Origin: Octopus sinensis
Taxonomy: Eukaryota
Reading direction: 5' to 3'
NCBI RefSeq assembly: GCF_006345805.1
Contig: NC_042997.1
Coordinates: 116,746,001-116,810,000 of the forward strand
DNA: 64,000 nt
The notes under the pieces are model-generated. The model did not search any database and had not been told where the DNA came from. It worked only from the letters and a program-made list of their open reading frames with translations. Of the stretch, positions 24,534 through 38,058 are shown in pieces; within the stretch, counting starts at the first letter, position 1; every line of letters starts with the position of its first letter. Made by a program: the position numbers and the translations under genes.

Positions 24534-24805
24534 AGCATATGCATATTTTAATATGCGAATATATGCGTGTAGGGTTAATTCTCGTATGGAACAATTCATC
24601 TGTATAATAGATATGGATAAAAGAGCAAGTGAATAAATTTATTGTACGAATATATTATTTGCCAATTTTGGGATTATATGCCCTCCAGAGAACGTGCAGA
24701 TAGACAACAGAAATATTCCAATTGCAATCTAATTTTGTCATATTCAACTTAAGTGAACTCATAATATTTCTTAGTGAGATTGTTATCCTCCCCTCTCTCT
24801 CTGTA

Positions 24806-24828
24806 TATATGTGTATATATATATATAT

Positions 24829-24861
<33 letters not shown>

Positions 24862-24902
24862 ATATTATGTATATATATATATATATATATATACATATAT
24901 GT

Positions 24903-24945
<43 letters not shown>

Positions 24946-25170
24946 GTATATATATATATATGTATATATATGTATATATATATATATATGTATATATATA
25001 TGTATATATATATATGTATATATATATATATGTATATATTTATATATGTATATATATATTTATGTATATATGTATAAGTACATATGTATGTATATGTGTA
25101 TGCGTATATATATATATGTACATATATATATTTATGCTTGTATGTTTATGTACATATGTATGTATATGTG
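24806..25170. repeat. Long degenerate (TA)n/(TATG)n tract
   Basis: Directly visible, about 360 bp. Confidence 0.95.
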
Positions 25171-25873
25171 ATTAATCATAATAAAGACTTTTCCTGCACT
25201 CTACCACATACGCATGCACAAAGATGCACACACATGTGCACACAACAGGCACGCGCACACGCACACATGTACATACACACACACACATATACACATACAC
25301 ACACTTCATTGTCAGGAGATGAAAATTTATTCTTTCTGTGTTTCTCACTTGGCAGCATTCGCGAAACAAATGGAAGCTACCCTCTGTTTCTGACATTTTG
25401 TTCTGCCAGCAATTACCTGTCAGGTGTTATGTTGCCTATATTTCAACCTTCTTGATCGCAATTAACCTCTCCTTCGGAATAGACTCGACAGAGTTTCTGC
25501 CAGTAAATATGTTTGACTAGCTTTATCAGCTTGCACACTTCATCATTTTACCAGCTCTACAAGACTAATTATTTCTACAACATGAAAAATATCTCCTTGC
25601 ATTTTCTATAACATTTCAAGCACATAAACTAAACAGGCTCATCGATGCGTATTTCCACATAACCCTTTATGTAAACTGTTGCAAATTCATAAGTGGAATT
25701 TTTCAGATTCAAATTCCGTATTACTCCCCAACTTTCAAACCTTTACATTATAATAATACTCTTGAGGTCTATTGTCTCCGTTGGCAAATAAGAAAATTAT
25801 GCGCATCCAATTTTCGTTGTTGTATTATAAGCCACACCACTTAAATTTTCCTATAAGAAAATTGACTGCTTCT

Positions 25874-26119
25874 GAAAGCGGCGAGCTCGCAGAAACGTGA
25901 GCACGCCGGACGAAATACGTAGCCGTATTTCGTCTGCCGTTACGTTCTGAGTTCAAACTTCGCCGAGGTCGACTTTGCCTTTCATCCTTTCGGGGTCGAT
26001 AAATTAAGTATAAATTAAGTACCAGTTACGCACTGGGGTCGATATAATCGACTTAATCCGTTTGTCTGGTCTTGTTTGTCCCCTCTGTGTTTAGCCCCTT
26101 GTGGGTAGTAAAGAAATAA
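25874..26119 (+). mobile_element. SINE-A full-length monomer with 21-bp TSD
   Basis: ATAAGAAAATTGACTGCTTCT at 25853-25873 and again at 26120-26140. Confidence 0.95.
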
Positions 26120-26386
26120 ATAAGAAAATTGACTGCTTCTTCAAAGCAGTGTCCCAGCATGACCGCAGTTCAATGATAGAAATGGCAAAAGTATACACAA
26201 TGATATATGATACCGTTAAGATATAGAAGTAGTTGTAAAAGTAGAATCTTCTATCTTGAAGTAGAATATTCTACCTTATATGTTCTATATAGTATAATAC
26301 TCTGTGTGTGGTCATATTACTATTATACTATTTTTTTTAATTGAGCGAGCTCGTAATTTTATTTATATAAAGACTGAATCACAGTA

Positions 26387-26715
26387 TAGGAGTGGCTGTG
26401 TGGTAAGTAGCTTGCTTACCAACAACATGGTCTTCTACTATAGCCTAGGACCGATCAAAGCCTTGTGAGTGAATTCGGAAGACGGAAACTTAAAGAAGGC
26501 CGTCGTGTATATGTATATGTATATATATATGTGTGTGTGTTTGTCCCCCCAACATCGATGCTGGTGTGTTTACGTCCCTGCAACTTAGCGGTTCGGCAAA
26601 AGATACTGATAGAATAAGTACTAGGCTTACAAAGAATAAGTCTTGGGATCAATTTGCTCGAGTAAAGGCGGTGCTCCAGCATGGCCGCAGTCAAATGACT
26701 CAAACAAGTAAAAGT
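26387..26715 (+). mobile_element. SINE-B, internally deleted head
   Basis: GGAGTGGCTGTGTGGTAAG head, deletion over the B-box, microsatellite middle, standard tail. Confidence 0.88.
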
Positions 26716-26789
26716 GTAGAAAACAAAATAAAAGAAAGGGGTGGAGAATTAAGCTGCAGTAGATAGTGGTGGAGAGCACACCCCAGAAA

Positions 26790-27235
26790 AAATAGTGTGT
26801 TTAGCCACACCCTGCGGACATGCGATGGCACTGTTGTGTAGAATTGCCAAGGACTCTCACAGCAGCAGCCGTCTCACCTCGCGGTACTCATTTCTGAGAC
26901 AGTTGCAGTTATTCCAATTTTGCAGCGAAAATCGACCGTGTGAGATCCCAAAACACCTGAGGTCTCCACGGCGACTAACACAAACTGATAGCGGCTGATC
27001 AGGCTCCTGTATTTATTTTCTTTTTCTCCTCTGCGTCACGGGCGGCGAAACTAGGGTTTGCGGCCAACGTGAAAAGGTAGGAGCCTGGAGAATGTGTTGC
27101 CGCACGTCGAGTTTCAGATTAGAGATCTGCTCCCTCGTACTGAAAGAGGGTTGTTCTATCGGGGCGTTTACCGTTCCTGCCGCCGAGACCTATTGGCTTC
27201 AGTTGAGACGGAAAGCTTGGCCCTGTGGCCCAGAA
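26790..27235 (-). mobile_element. CRE-like non-LTR retrotransposon, restriction-like endonuclease (RLE) domain remnant
   Basis: Frameshifted translation: PSQLKPIGLGGRNGKRPDRTTLF..RSLI*NSTCGNTF..SYL..AANPSFAARDAEEKK.KYRSLISRYQFVLVAVETSGVLG...KIG..YREVRRLLL*ESLAILHNSA. This gives RPD..D / AE..K..KY..L / AVET.G / SLA in RLE order. Confidence 0.8.
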
Positions 27236-27251
27236 ATTCTTTTCACCACCT

Positions 27252-27391
<140 letters not shown>

Positions 27392-29525
27392 GTATGGTAG
27401 ATAAGTTCAGTAAAAATTTAGATTCAGATGAATATGGTACTTAAGTTGAATGCACCAGAATTTAGTATGGTATTATCCGTACAATTTAAAATGAGGTGAT
27501 TATAATAAAAAAAGTAAGCAACAAGGATATCCAGAGGTAATGCAGTACAATCGTTTCATGCGACTCCATTTAATTGAACAATGCAAACATTAAATCAATT
27601 TAAAATGTAGAGCAATCTTCAGCTGCACAAAAATATAGAATTTAATTAAATTCTAAGTACTCATTAGTATAATTTTATCTAAAATCCCAAGAGGATAAGG
27701 AGAGAGACAAAGAACATGTTTTGTCTATTCCTTGTTAAACGCCTACATATTCGGGGACGAGTAAGTACGGTAATTAATTTCACTTCTCAAAATTCTCCTA
27801 CGCTTGACATGCATTCCGCCACTTACTGCACGTTCACTCTTTTCTGCTAAAATAATCTTTCTTTTATTGACTCCCTTTACGGTGTTGCAGCATATTGTGC
27901 CTCTAACCTAACAACTTGATTTTTCTTTTACAAGACGACGATCTATTATTATTCCAATGATCCTTTGTTTCTTATTATAATAGCACATACTGAATAATTA
28001 TGTGAACTCCATATGTTGTCCGGCAAGGAGCAGATGAGCTGCTGGGTTTTATTTCAGATGAAATTGTCATAATCTTCAATAAAATTACACTGGCTCTCTA
28101 TATAGCAATCCGTTATGAAAAAGAACTATTCAAAAGCAGTAATTTTTTAATTTCTAATTTATATTTCAAACAAACATCATTTTAAAGTATTATTTCAAAT
28201 ATTTTTAAAAACTACCATTCCATGTGTTATACAAAATTCAAATTGTATATCTCTGAAGAGCAGAATAGTAATCAATAAATGCTTATCAATATAGGATTTC
28301 ATTATAGGAACAACACTTCTGTAAAACGAGAGTAAGATACTTTAAAAACTTAATTCAAAACTTTTAAACTGTCGTATATATTATATATTTATACTTTTAC
28401 ATATTTACATATATTTTTATAAATATTTATATTTTTAATACAACAATTATTTTACACACGTATATAACTCTCAGAAGAATTTTTTAATATTAAATTCCTG
28501 ATATCAATAATAATATATTATAAAATATATCGCTCTTTAATAGTATTAATACTTTGAGATACAATAGAGCACTCAATATAAATTCAGCATATAATATTCT
28601 CATTGAATATATTTAACTAAAGATTTATATAGATATATAGTTGTACAAGGTCACTTAACATACATGCATGAATATATAGTTGTTTCAGACAATAAGGAAA
28701 TCAACGCCGTAAGCTATTTATATATGTAATGTAAAACTATAGTTGTTTGCAACACGAGGGTACTATTTCACATTTTTTTTGTTTTCTTGAAGAGCAATTG
28801 CACGCGTTCTTGTATATATATGAATGAATATATATATATGTATGTATGTATTTGTGCATATATATGTATATGTAATATCTATATTTATATACATATTTAT
28901 AAACATACATATATAAAATATACATACATACATTGAATTATATCATGCTAATATATTGTCTATTTTCTATTGACATGTTAAGCACATACCGGATATTTCA
29001 GTACAGAATGTACTGAAATATCTGGTATATACAGTAAAATTGTACGGCAGTTTTTTTCCAATTTTTCCATATTTCTAGGATTTTTTTTATGAAGTGGACC
29101 GAACGATCTGCTGGAATGTATTGTCATTAAAATCTTGTCGTCCTCAAGTGAATGCTTATTTAATCGGAATCTTCTAACATCTGAGGAACCAGTTATTGAT
29201 ATATAATTTAATATAAAATAATATAATATAATATAATATAATATTGTAATATAATATAATATTTCTGTCCTCTTTCTCTCTGTATCTATATATATACACA
29301 CTCAGATCGATTCCAGTATATATTTTTTAAAGTTTGGCATTTGGCCTATCGACTTCATGCACCGACCCACTTAGTACGGAGACGTAAACAAGCCAACCAG
29401 TTATCAAGCAATATAAAATATGGGAGGGAAATAGAGGCAAAAATCAACCAAATGCACGCGCGTGTCCGTATATATAAACAATTATATAGTAGAAGACCTA
29501 TTTTATTGTATGATGTTTGCATATA

Positions 29526-29758
29526 TATTTCTTTATTGCCCACAGGGGGCTAAACATAGAGGGAACAAACAGGGAAAAACAAAGAGATTAAGTCGATTAT
29601 ATCGAGCCCAGTGCGTAACTGGTACTTAATTAATCGACCCCGAAAGGATGAAAGGCAAAGTCGACCTCGGCGGAATTTGAACTCAGAACGTAAGGGCAGA
29701 CGAAATACCGCTAAGCATTTCGCCCGGCGTGCTAACGATTCAGCCAGCTCACCGCCTT
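29526..29758 (-). mobile_element. SINE-A monomer
   Basis: Reverse complement of the family A consensus, head to tail. Confidence 0.9.
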
Positions 29759-29767
29759 CTTAAAGAA

Positions 29768-30007
29768 GAAATACCTATTTCTTTACTACCCACAAGGGTC
29801 TAAACACAGAGGGGACAAACAAGGACAGACAAACGGATTAAGTCGATTATATCGACCCCAGAGCGTAACTGGTACTTAATTAATCGACCCCGAAAAGATG
29901 AAAGGCAAAGTCAACCTCGGCGGAATTTGAACTCAGAACGTAACGGCAGACGAAATACCGTACCGCATTTCGCCCGGCGTGCTAACGTTTTTGCTAGCTC
30001 GCCGCCT
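29768..30007 (-). mobile_element. SINE-A, with the first 8 nt of a second unit
   Basis: Family A reverse complement; on the minus strand it ends AAAGAAATA|GGTATTTC. Confidence 0.9.
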
Positions 30008-30210
30008 TTGATGTTTGCATATTGTATGATGTTTTGTGTTGGATATTTTGCTCCGCGGATCGGAACAGCGAAATTGGATTGCAAAGGGCTCAATGATGTT
30101 ACATCACTTGTCTGGAGAGATATATAAATATTCATGTGGATACAGTAATTCACATCTATACACGAGGGTGGGTATATGAATATATTCATGAATCGATATA
30201 TTTATATAGA

Positions 30211-30605
30211 AAGGCGGCGAGCTGGCAGAAACGTTAGCATGCCGGACGAAATGCTAAGCGATATTTCGTCCGTCTTTACGTTCTGAGTTCAAATTCTGCC
30301 GAGGTCGAGTTTGCCTTTCATCCTTTCGAGGTCGATTAAATAAGTACCAGATACGCACTGAGGTAGATATAATCGACTTAATCCGTTGTCTGTCCTTGTT
30401 TGTCCTCTCGTTGTTTAGCACCTTGTATGCAGTAAAGAAATAGGTATTTCGTCTGTCTTTACGTTCTGAGTTCAAATTCCGCCGAGGTCGAGTTTGCCTT
30501 TATTCCGTTCGGGATCGATAAATTAAGTATCGGTTGCGTACTGGGGTCGATCTAATCGACTGGCATCCTACCCCAAAATTTCGGCCCTCGTGCCTAGAGT
30601 AGAAA
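30211..30605 (+). mobile_element. SINE-A dimer
   Basis: Full unit to 30442, then a second unit starting GGTATTTCGTCTG and ending in the alternative tail ...CCCTCGTGCCTAGAGTAGAAA. Confidence 0.9.
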
Positions 30606-30624
30606 TGGATGTATTTGTATAGGT

Positions 30625-30835
30625 GAAGGCGGCAAGCTGGAAGAAAAAGTAGCACGTCGAGCGAAACGCTTAACGGCATCTTTACGTTTTGAGTTCAAAT
30701 TCCATCGAAGTCGACATTGCTTTTTATCTTTTTAGGTTCGATAAAATAAATATCGGTTGAACACTGGGGTCGATGTGATTGATCTGTCTCCTTCCCGAAA
30801 TTTGCTGGCCTAATACCAAACTTTGAAACCATTAT
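30625..30835 (+). mobile_element. Older SINE-A copy
   Basis: AAGGCGGCAAGCTGG...GAGTTCAAATTCC...GGGGTCGATGTGATTGA. Confidence 0.7.
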
Positions 30836-31417
30836 ATCTGTGTAGGTGCATGATTGTATTTATATAGGTATATTGAACATTATAAATGGCTGGTTTTGCT
30901 GTGCTGTTTTTCGTACAGAAGTTAGTTGCTTATTTGTTTTTTTGCATCGGTGCTGATAACAAGATAACTAGCTTTGTTCATTGAGCAAATGAAATACAAA
31001 TTAGAGAACAGTACGCTAAGACTCACATAACAAATATTACGTAAATCTATATTATTTTACTGAAGCGTCATTACGGACGCTGACTACGTGTTAGGGATAT
31101 TGTATATTGATTTCAAGTAAATTTGTTCTCGGAAAGTAGTATTATTGATTAAATCAGCAACTTATTGTACTGATCCAACACATTCCTAGTGCACGTCTCA
31201 TCAACTATAGAAGTTGAACCCATAATGTAATAGAGAAACTTCACAGTTTATGATGTCCTGCCTTTTTTTATAAACATTTAATATTGATTTCTTTTATTCA
31301 TACAAGGCCATCAATTTTGGTGGGATGATTAAATCGGCACTTATACTAGACTGCTAGCGCTGCTACTTTGTTTCGTATGCATTTGAAAGTTTTAAATTAT
31401 ATATATATATATATATA

Positions 31418-31546
31418 GGGAGAATTCACGAAAGAAATAAAAGACGAAGACAGGTGGTGTAGAAAACAAACAGATGTATTAGTATAACTCTCAGGAATTG
31501 AAAAAATGTACTTTACGTTTCGAGCCTACGCTCTTCTACAGAAAAG
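31418..31546 (-). mobile_element. Second copy of the hammerhead-motif repeat
   Basis: Minus strand TTTT-CTGTAGAA-GAGC-GTAG-GCTC-GAAACGTA-AAGTAC plus the shared downstream block, ending at (TA)n. Confidence 0.6.
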
Positions 31547-32644
31547 AACACAAAAAGAAACAAGGAGAGAAACAAGGGGAGAAAAAAATGTGTGTAGTGG
31601 CGACTGCTGGACCGAAGGGCCACACAGGAGAGCGAAGAAGTAGGGAAGATAACAAAGTAAAGATGATCCCCAAAACGAAGGTGTGTGTGTGTAAGAGAGT
31701 ACGTATGTGCATGTGAAAGTTAGGAAAGTTAGGTATACAAATACATGAATGATATGATTGGTTGCATCATTTTTTTGTGTACTTTCCATGTAAAAACACG
31801 TCTTAAGCCTACTATTATTTATTTGCATTTCCTGCTTCCTTTTTTTCTCTATGAAGATCATTCTTATAGATGACCTCCTGCGTCGGAACTAACTACTGGG
31901 GATAAAAGAACTGGAGTTTAAGTTTCGAGAGCACATCATGGTGACATCTTCGCTCTAGCATTCTTCAAGTCTATCTCTCTTTGTGTGTGTAAATGTGTGT
32001 GTGTGTGTGAATGTGTGTGTGTGTGTTGTGTGATGTATATATAACACACTCACTCACACGCACACATCTATGCGAGTGTTTGCGTTTGTGCATGCGTGTT
32101 ATAAACGTTGTTTTAGAGTAAAAAGTAAACAAGAAATAAATCATGACGGAGAGTTTATCCAGATGCTACACGGGTTACATTTTTTAATTTCCCGGAAACA
32201 CTAATTGGTAAACCTACATAATCAGATTGTTGGAAATGGATATTGACTGATATAATATGTAGTCCAATCAGATGTACGATCCTTACTCAAAACAGCAAAG
32301 CTGATGAAAGTTTTACACTATTTGTTAGACATTTATAAACCTTAAAAAAAAACTTTTATACAAGATATCAGTCTTGTATAAAGGTTTTATAACGTCTTAA
32401 AACTAAAAAGAACATCCTCTATATAAATAGTTAATATGTTTTGGAAATATCATTGTAATTCTTCCCCCCCCCTCTGTCTCTGCCTATCTGTTTTTCTTCT
32501 CGTTCTACTAAGTTTGAATTTGATATTTCAAACACAGATTGAGAGATATAAAAGAATAAATATTTCTGAAATGCAGTGTTAGCACGAGAGCCTTATAAGA
32601 AAATACGCTCGTGTCATATACATACATAAGTTAATAATACTTAC

Positions 32645-33258
32645 ATAGCTAGCTAGCTAGCTACCTACCTACCTACATACATACCTACATACATACCTAC
32701 ACACCTACCTACCTACATACATACATACATACATACATACATACATACATACATACATACCTACATACATACCTACACACCTACCTACCTACCTACCTAC
32801 CTACCTACCTACCTACATACATACATACCTACATACCTCATACCTACCTACCTACCTACCTACATACCTACATACATACCTACCTACATGCCTACCTACC
32901 TGCCTACCTGCCTACCTGCCTACATAACTACTTACCTACCTACCTACCTACATACATACATACCTACTTACATGCCTACCTACCTGCCTACCTGCCTACC
33001 TAGCTACATACCTACTTACCTACCTACCTACCTACCTATCTACATACCTACCTACCTACATACCTACACACTTACCTACCTACCTACATACCTACACACT
33101 TACCTACCTACCTACCTACATGCCTACCTACCTGCCTACCTGCCTACCTACCTACCTACCTGCCTACCTACCTACCAAGTTACCTACCTACAAACCTACC
33201 TACATACATACCTAACTACATGCCTGCATACCTACCTACCTAGCTACATACATACATA
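32645..33258. repeat. Complex (TACC)/(TACA)/(TGCC) microsatellite, about 610 bp
   Basis: Directly visible; the source of ORF 32888-33286. Confidence 0.95.
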
Positions 33259-33395
33259 TATAGAGAGAGCATGTCTAGATATGTAACTATACGCATGAAA
33301 ATACATACATAAAACAAAACATACAAATTTGCACGTATACATACATACATACATACATACAATCGCGAGAAATTTTACTTCTAAAACCAAGAAAG

Positions 33396-33480
33396 GAGAA
33401 AGTTGATTCAAAGACTACATATTCAGGCCATCAATGGAACTGTAAAGGTTTGTAAAACGTTCCAGAAGTTTAACATTTCA
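33396..33480 (+). mobile_element. Possible extreme C-terminus of an RLE-type LINE
   Basis: RKLIQRLHIQAINGTVKVCKTFQKF resembles the GTVKICKTF terminal motif I recall from R4/NeSL-group elements. Confidence 0.4.
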
Positions 33481-33589
33481 GTGAAATGCAACTATATGCA
33501 CTGGAATACATACATAAAGCACCTCTACACATGCACGGATTCCAAATACTGCACATATACACGCGTACATATATAATTACCCTTTTTTT

Positions 33590-33912
33590 ACTTTTATTTT
33601 TTTCAATCATTTGACTGCGGCCATGCTAAAGCACCGCCTTTAGTCGAACAAATCGACTCCAGGACTTATTCTTTGTAAGCCTAGTTCTTATTGTATCGGT
33701 CTGTTTTGCCGAACCGCTAAGTTACGGGGATGTAAACATACCAGCATACATAAACACACACACACATATATATATATGAAGGGCTTCTTTCAGTTTCCGT
33801 CTATCAAATCCACTCACATGGTCGGGCCGAGGCTATACTAGAAGATACCTAGCCAAGTTGCCACGCAGTGGGACTGAACCCGGAACCATGTGGTTGGTAA
33901 GCAAGCTTACTT
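33590..33912 (-). mobile_element. SINE-B
   Basis: Family B tail, middle and head on the minus strand. Confidence 0.88.
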
Positions 33913-34342
33913 ACCTGCGATGTTCTTGAAATTCCAATGAAGGTGCTTTATATCTAGCTTAGAAACCAGTTCTTTCTCTACTGGCAAGACATTTTGAAAT
34001 AAAACCGAATAATTACACATACATAATGCATACTTATTTACCTATTTATATGCATGTATATATGTATGTATACACACATGCACGTACGTTTGTGTGTGCG
34101 TGCGTTTGAATTTACAAACCAGAAAAAAATAAATCTTAGTTTATTCTTTTGTTTTAGTCTTTGGATTACGTCAATACTGAAAGAATTTCTTCAAGAGATT
34201 TGTCGAAGAAATCGACCCCAGTTTTTTAATTTTAAATTTGGTATTTATTCTATCAATTTTAAAAATAATCCAAGCTACTTATTTACCGGGACGGCGAACA
34301 CCTGGTGTTAAGTGGTAGAGAACAAGATAAAAGAGATACACA

Positions 34343-34463
34343 TAGGCGCAGGAGTGGCTGCGTGGTAAGTTGTTGCTTACCAACCACATGGTTCCGGGTT
34401 CATTTCCACTACGTGGCACCTTGTGCAAGTGTCTTCTACTTTAGCCTCGGGCTGTGGTAGCAG

Positions 34464-34516
<53 letters not shown>

Positions 34517-34700
34517 ATTAATATATATGTATATATGCATACGTATATGTACATACTTACATCTATACGTATAGATATAAGCATACGAAGGGACAATGAA
34601 TAAGCCAGAGGTTATAGTAGAAGACACTCATCCAAGGTGCCACGCAGTGGGACTGAACCTAGAACAATATTGTTGAGAACCAAGCTTTTTACCACACACT
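34343..34700. mobile_element. Two SINE-B heads in opposite orientation around a microsatellite
   Basis: Plus head 34343-34455 (AGGCGCAGGAGTGGCTGCGTGGTAAG); minus head 34605-34700. Confidence 0.8.
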
Positions 34701-34715
34701 TTACATGTATGTATG

Positions 34716-34768
<53 letters not shown>

Positions 34769-34824
34769 CAGTGTATTACTACGAGTTACAACGCACTTTC
34801 TCGTATTATTGTAGCTTTCGAATG

Positions 34825-35020
34825 ATGCTAATCCGTTGTCACGCAAGCCAATATTCCCCTCGAACAGAACGTCAGTCCGTCGCAGTGTTACACATCTACG
34901 GCTGAGTGGACTGGTATCAATTGAAGTGTTTTGCGAGGGAATATGCGTAGCACCGGTCTGGGAAATCGAAACCACAATCTTGTGATCGGATATAAAATAT
35001 CCTATCCACTAGGCCACACC
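34825..35020 (-). mobile_element. Old tRNA-derived SINE
   Basis: Minus strand GGTGTGGCCTAGTGGATAGG...GGTTTCGATTTCC...CCAGTCCACTCAGC...GCGACGGACTGACGTTCTGTTCGAGGGG. Confidence 0.55.
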
Positions 35021-36459
35021 TCAAACACAGATATACGCACACATACATACACACTCATACAAACATACGCGCATACGTACACACACAAACCTTCACATAT
35101 ATAAATGCATACATACACGATCATGCATGTATGTGTATATGTGTGTGTATATACTCAAACAGTTGTAATTTTAATGATCATCTCTATATTCAGATACATT
35201 GATGTCAGTTGGGTGATGTTTGTTGCCCCAAATGAGTAAATGCTACCAAAGTTATCTGGCAGCAGACATTTTCTTCTGCAAACAGAATTTATTCCGTTTG
35301 AGACTGAAGATTCTTCAAGAATCGCATAATTTCCTGTCTGTATTTGGATACTACAACTTGTAATCTTCCATTTTAGAATCCAAATACACACTACCCCTAC
35401 AAGCAAAGATGGCACCGTTTCGATCAATTGACGTAAAGTGTTGGAAATCTGACTGCACAAAAGCATAGTCAAATAAATGTACAGCCAATGCTATAACCAA
35501 AAATATTTATATTCTTGTTTTGTTCAATACTGCGTCGCCTGACCTAGCAAGTGCAGGTTAAAAGACACTCCAACCATGCCTGTCCTATCTTTCTTCAGTC
35601 AATGTACATAAGGCTGCATCAGCTAATCCTTTTTATCTCTATTAAAATGGTTAGATGTGACCTGAAGGCAATCTGGTTCTAAATTCTAATAGGTTCACCC
35701 GTTATTTAAAATCTCTCTCCGTTGTCTCAAGATGTAATGCACAACATGAAATGATATTGTACGTTATTCCCACTTTTTTTTTCTAAGACAAAAATAATCG
35801 CGTTTTAAGAGAAACTAGAATAATTATATGAACAAAACACAAAAATATACTTTCAAACATATTCCTGAGATTTCCCATTTCGAAAAATATTTTCTGATCA
35901 GGAACTATATCCAAACAAATTACAAATACTATTAATCACTTAGTTCATAATGAGTTGTAGAATCGCTATTGTTCTTTATAGAACAAAAATAGATAACAGT
36001 ATTATTCCACGCGAATGTTGAAGACCATTCTATTAATGTCCATTCACCGGAAGTTAATAATACAATGATGGAAGACAATAGTTTAACTCTCCAAACACTC
36101 TCTAAGAATACTTTATTAATATGTATCTTTTATCTTTTATTTGTTTCAATCATGAAACAGCGGCCATGCTGGGATATCACCCCGAAGAATTTTTAGTCGA
36201 ATGAATCAACACTAGTGCATTTTTTAAAGCTTGGTACTTATTCTTTTAGTACTTATTCTTTCATACCGAACTGCTATGTTTACTGAGACGTAACCACACC
36301 AACATCGGTTGTCAAGCGGTGTGGGACACAAACAAAAACACAGACGCGCGCACCCCCATATATATTAGCCTTCTTCACTGTATCAAAAATACCGAAACTC
36401 CCAAGAATTTCAGACTCTCTACAAAGCTCAAATGTGATTTACAATAACATTTTGGTTTC

Positions 36460-36890
36460 AAAATTTGGCACAAGGCCAGCAATTTTGAGAAGAGAGGCCT
36501 AGTCAATTGCATTGACCCTAGTGGTCAACTGCTACTTTTTAAATCGACCCCAAAAGGATGACAGGCAAAGTCGGCCTCGGTGGAATTGGAACTCAGAACA
36601 TAAAGAAGGATGAAACGTCACTAAGCATTTTGCTCGGCTTGCCTACGATCTGCCTATTCGCTGCTATATTTGTGTTCATAAACATTGGTTTCAAATTTCA
36701 TACAAGGCCAGAAAATTCGGGGTGGAGTAAGTTGATTACATCGACCTCAACTGGTATTTATTTCATCGACCCCGTAAAAATGAAAAGCAAAGTCTACACC
36801 AGCGGAATTTTGACTCAAAACCTGAAGACAAGACTATACATTGCTAAGTATTTTGCCCGGCATGCTATCAATCCTGCCTGCTCGTCGCCT
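36460..36890 (-). mobile_element. Two old SINE-A copies in tandem
   Basis: Degraded family A middle and B-box blocks, twice. Confidence 0.65.
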
Positions 36891-37179
36891 TGATCTCCAA
36901 TAAGATATTTCACTCGTATCTGAAAAGCAGTTGCATCTTTAGGATGCACTCAAACGTATTCTACCCAATTGATTAGAAAGAGCTCACCCAAACAGTCTAT
37001 TTTTCTTTTGGACTCACAAATACTTTAGTTCCCCACTTTTCTTTTTCTAAATCCATTACATCTGTTTCTGAGACGTAACTGTTTTTATACCACCTTCTCC
37101 GAAGTCCACCCAACATTTCCCCCTCCGTTATCTCCTTCCAGACCCATGATAAACACTGTTGAATTTATAAAAGATATTC

Positions 37180-37389
37180 TTTTACTTGTTTCAGTCATTT
37201 AACTGTAGCCATGCTGGAGCACCGTCTTTAGTCGAGCAAATCGACCCCAGGATTTATTCTTTGGAAGCATAGTACTTATTCTATCGGTTTCTTTTGCCGA
37301 ACCGCTATGTTACGGGGGTGTAAACACATCGACATCGGTTCTATAGCAATGTTGGAGGAACACAGACACACACATATACACACACATAC

Positions 37390-37428
<39 letters not shown>

Positions 37429-37563
37429 TATATACGGCGAGCCTCTTTCAGTTTCCGTCTATGAAATCCACTCACAAGGCATCTAGCCAAGGTGCCACGC
37501 AGTGAGACTGAACCCTGAACCATGTGGTTTGTAAGCAAGCTACTTACCACACAGCCACTCCTA
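37180..37563 (-). mobile_element. SINE-B
   Basis: Family B tail, microsatellite and head (ends CACAGCCACTCCTAC on the plus strand). Confidence 0.88.
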
Positions 37564-38058
37564 CGCTTTTGGCTACTTACCACACAGAATTAATTACAAA
37601 AATTATCTTTAGCTGAAAGAACTGCAATCTATAATGGATTATATCACATCCCATGATATTTCAACGAGCTTCTGGAAAGTATTTTGCGTATTGATGTAGG
37701 AAGTCGTCCTCGCGAAGCACTATAACTCTATTCATAATGTTTGACTAACACAGTTGCACTTGTGTAATTATAGCAAATGATTTTAGTAAAAGTCTAATGT
37801 TAGGACCTTCTTTTGAGCAGAGGACATATTTATTGATTATATATGACTTGAAAATCATTACAATATATAATATTATATGTCATCTGTTAAAATTTGCTGC
37901 GAATATGAATATTTGAAATGATTTGTGTATGTAAAAGAAAAAGGAAGTACACACATACCAATATTTACCATCTCTCTCTCAACCTCTCTCTCTATATATG
38001 TATTTATGTATGCATGTATGTATGTATATATGTATGTGTGTATGTAAATATACGTACT

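Noticed and set aside
27710-27766. GA|GTAAGT donor with short open frames
   Set aside because: Purine-rich, weak acceptor; isolated GTAAGT hexamers are expected by chance at this length
28978-29301. 107-aa minus ORF with an acceptor near 29186
   Set aside because: Partly AT microsatellite, no convincing donor, no recognisable domain
32888-33286. 132-aa PTYL-repeat ORF
   Set aside because: Translation of a (TACC)n microsatellite; the same applies to the YI/HT/CV/MYV-repeat ORFs throughout the track
34343-34700. Inverted repeat around a microsatellite suggesting a TIR element
   Set aside because: Both arms are ordinary SINE-B heads
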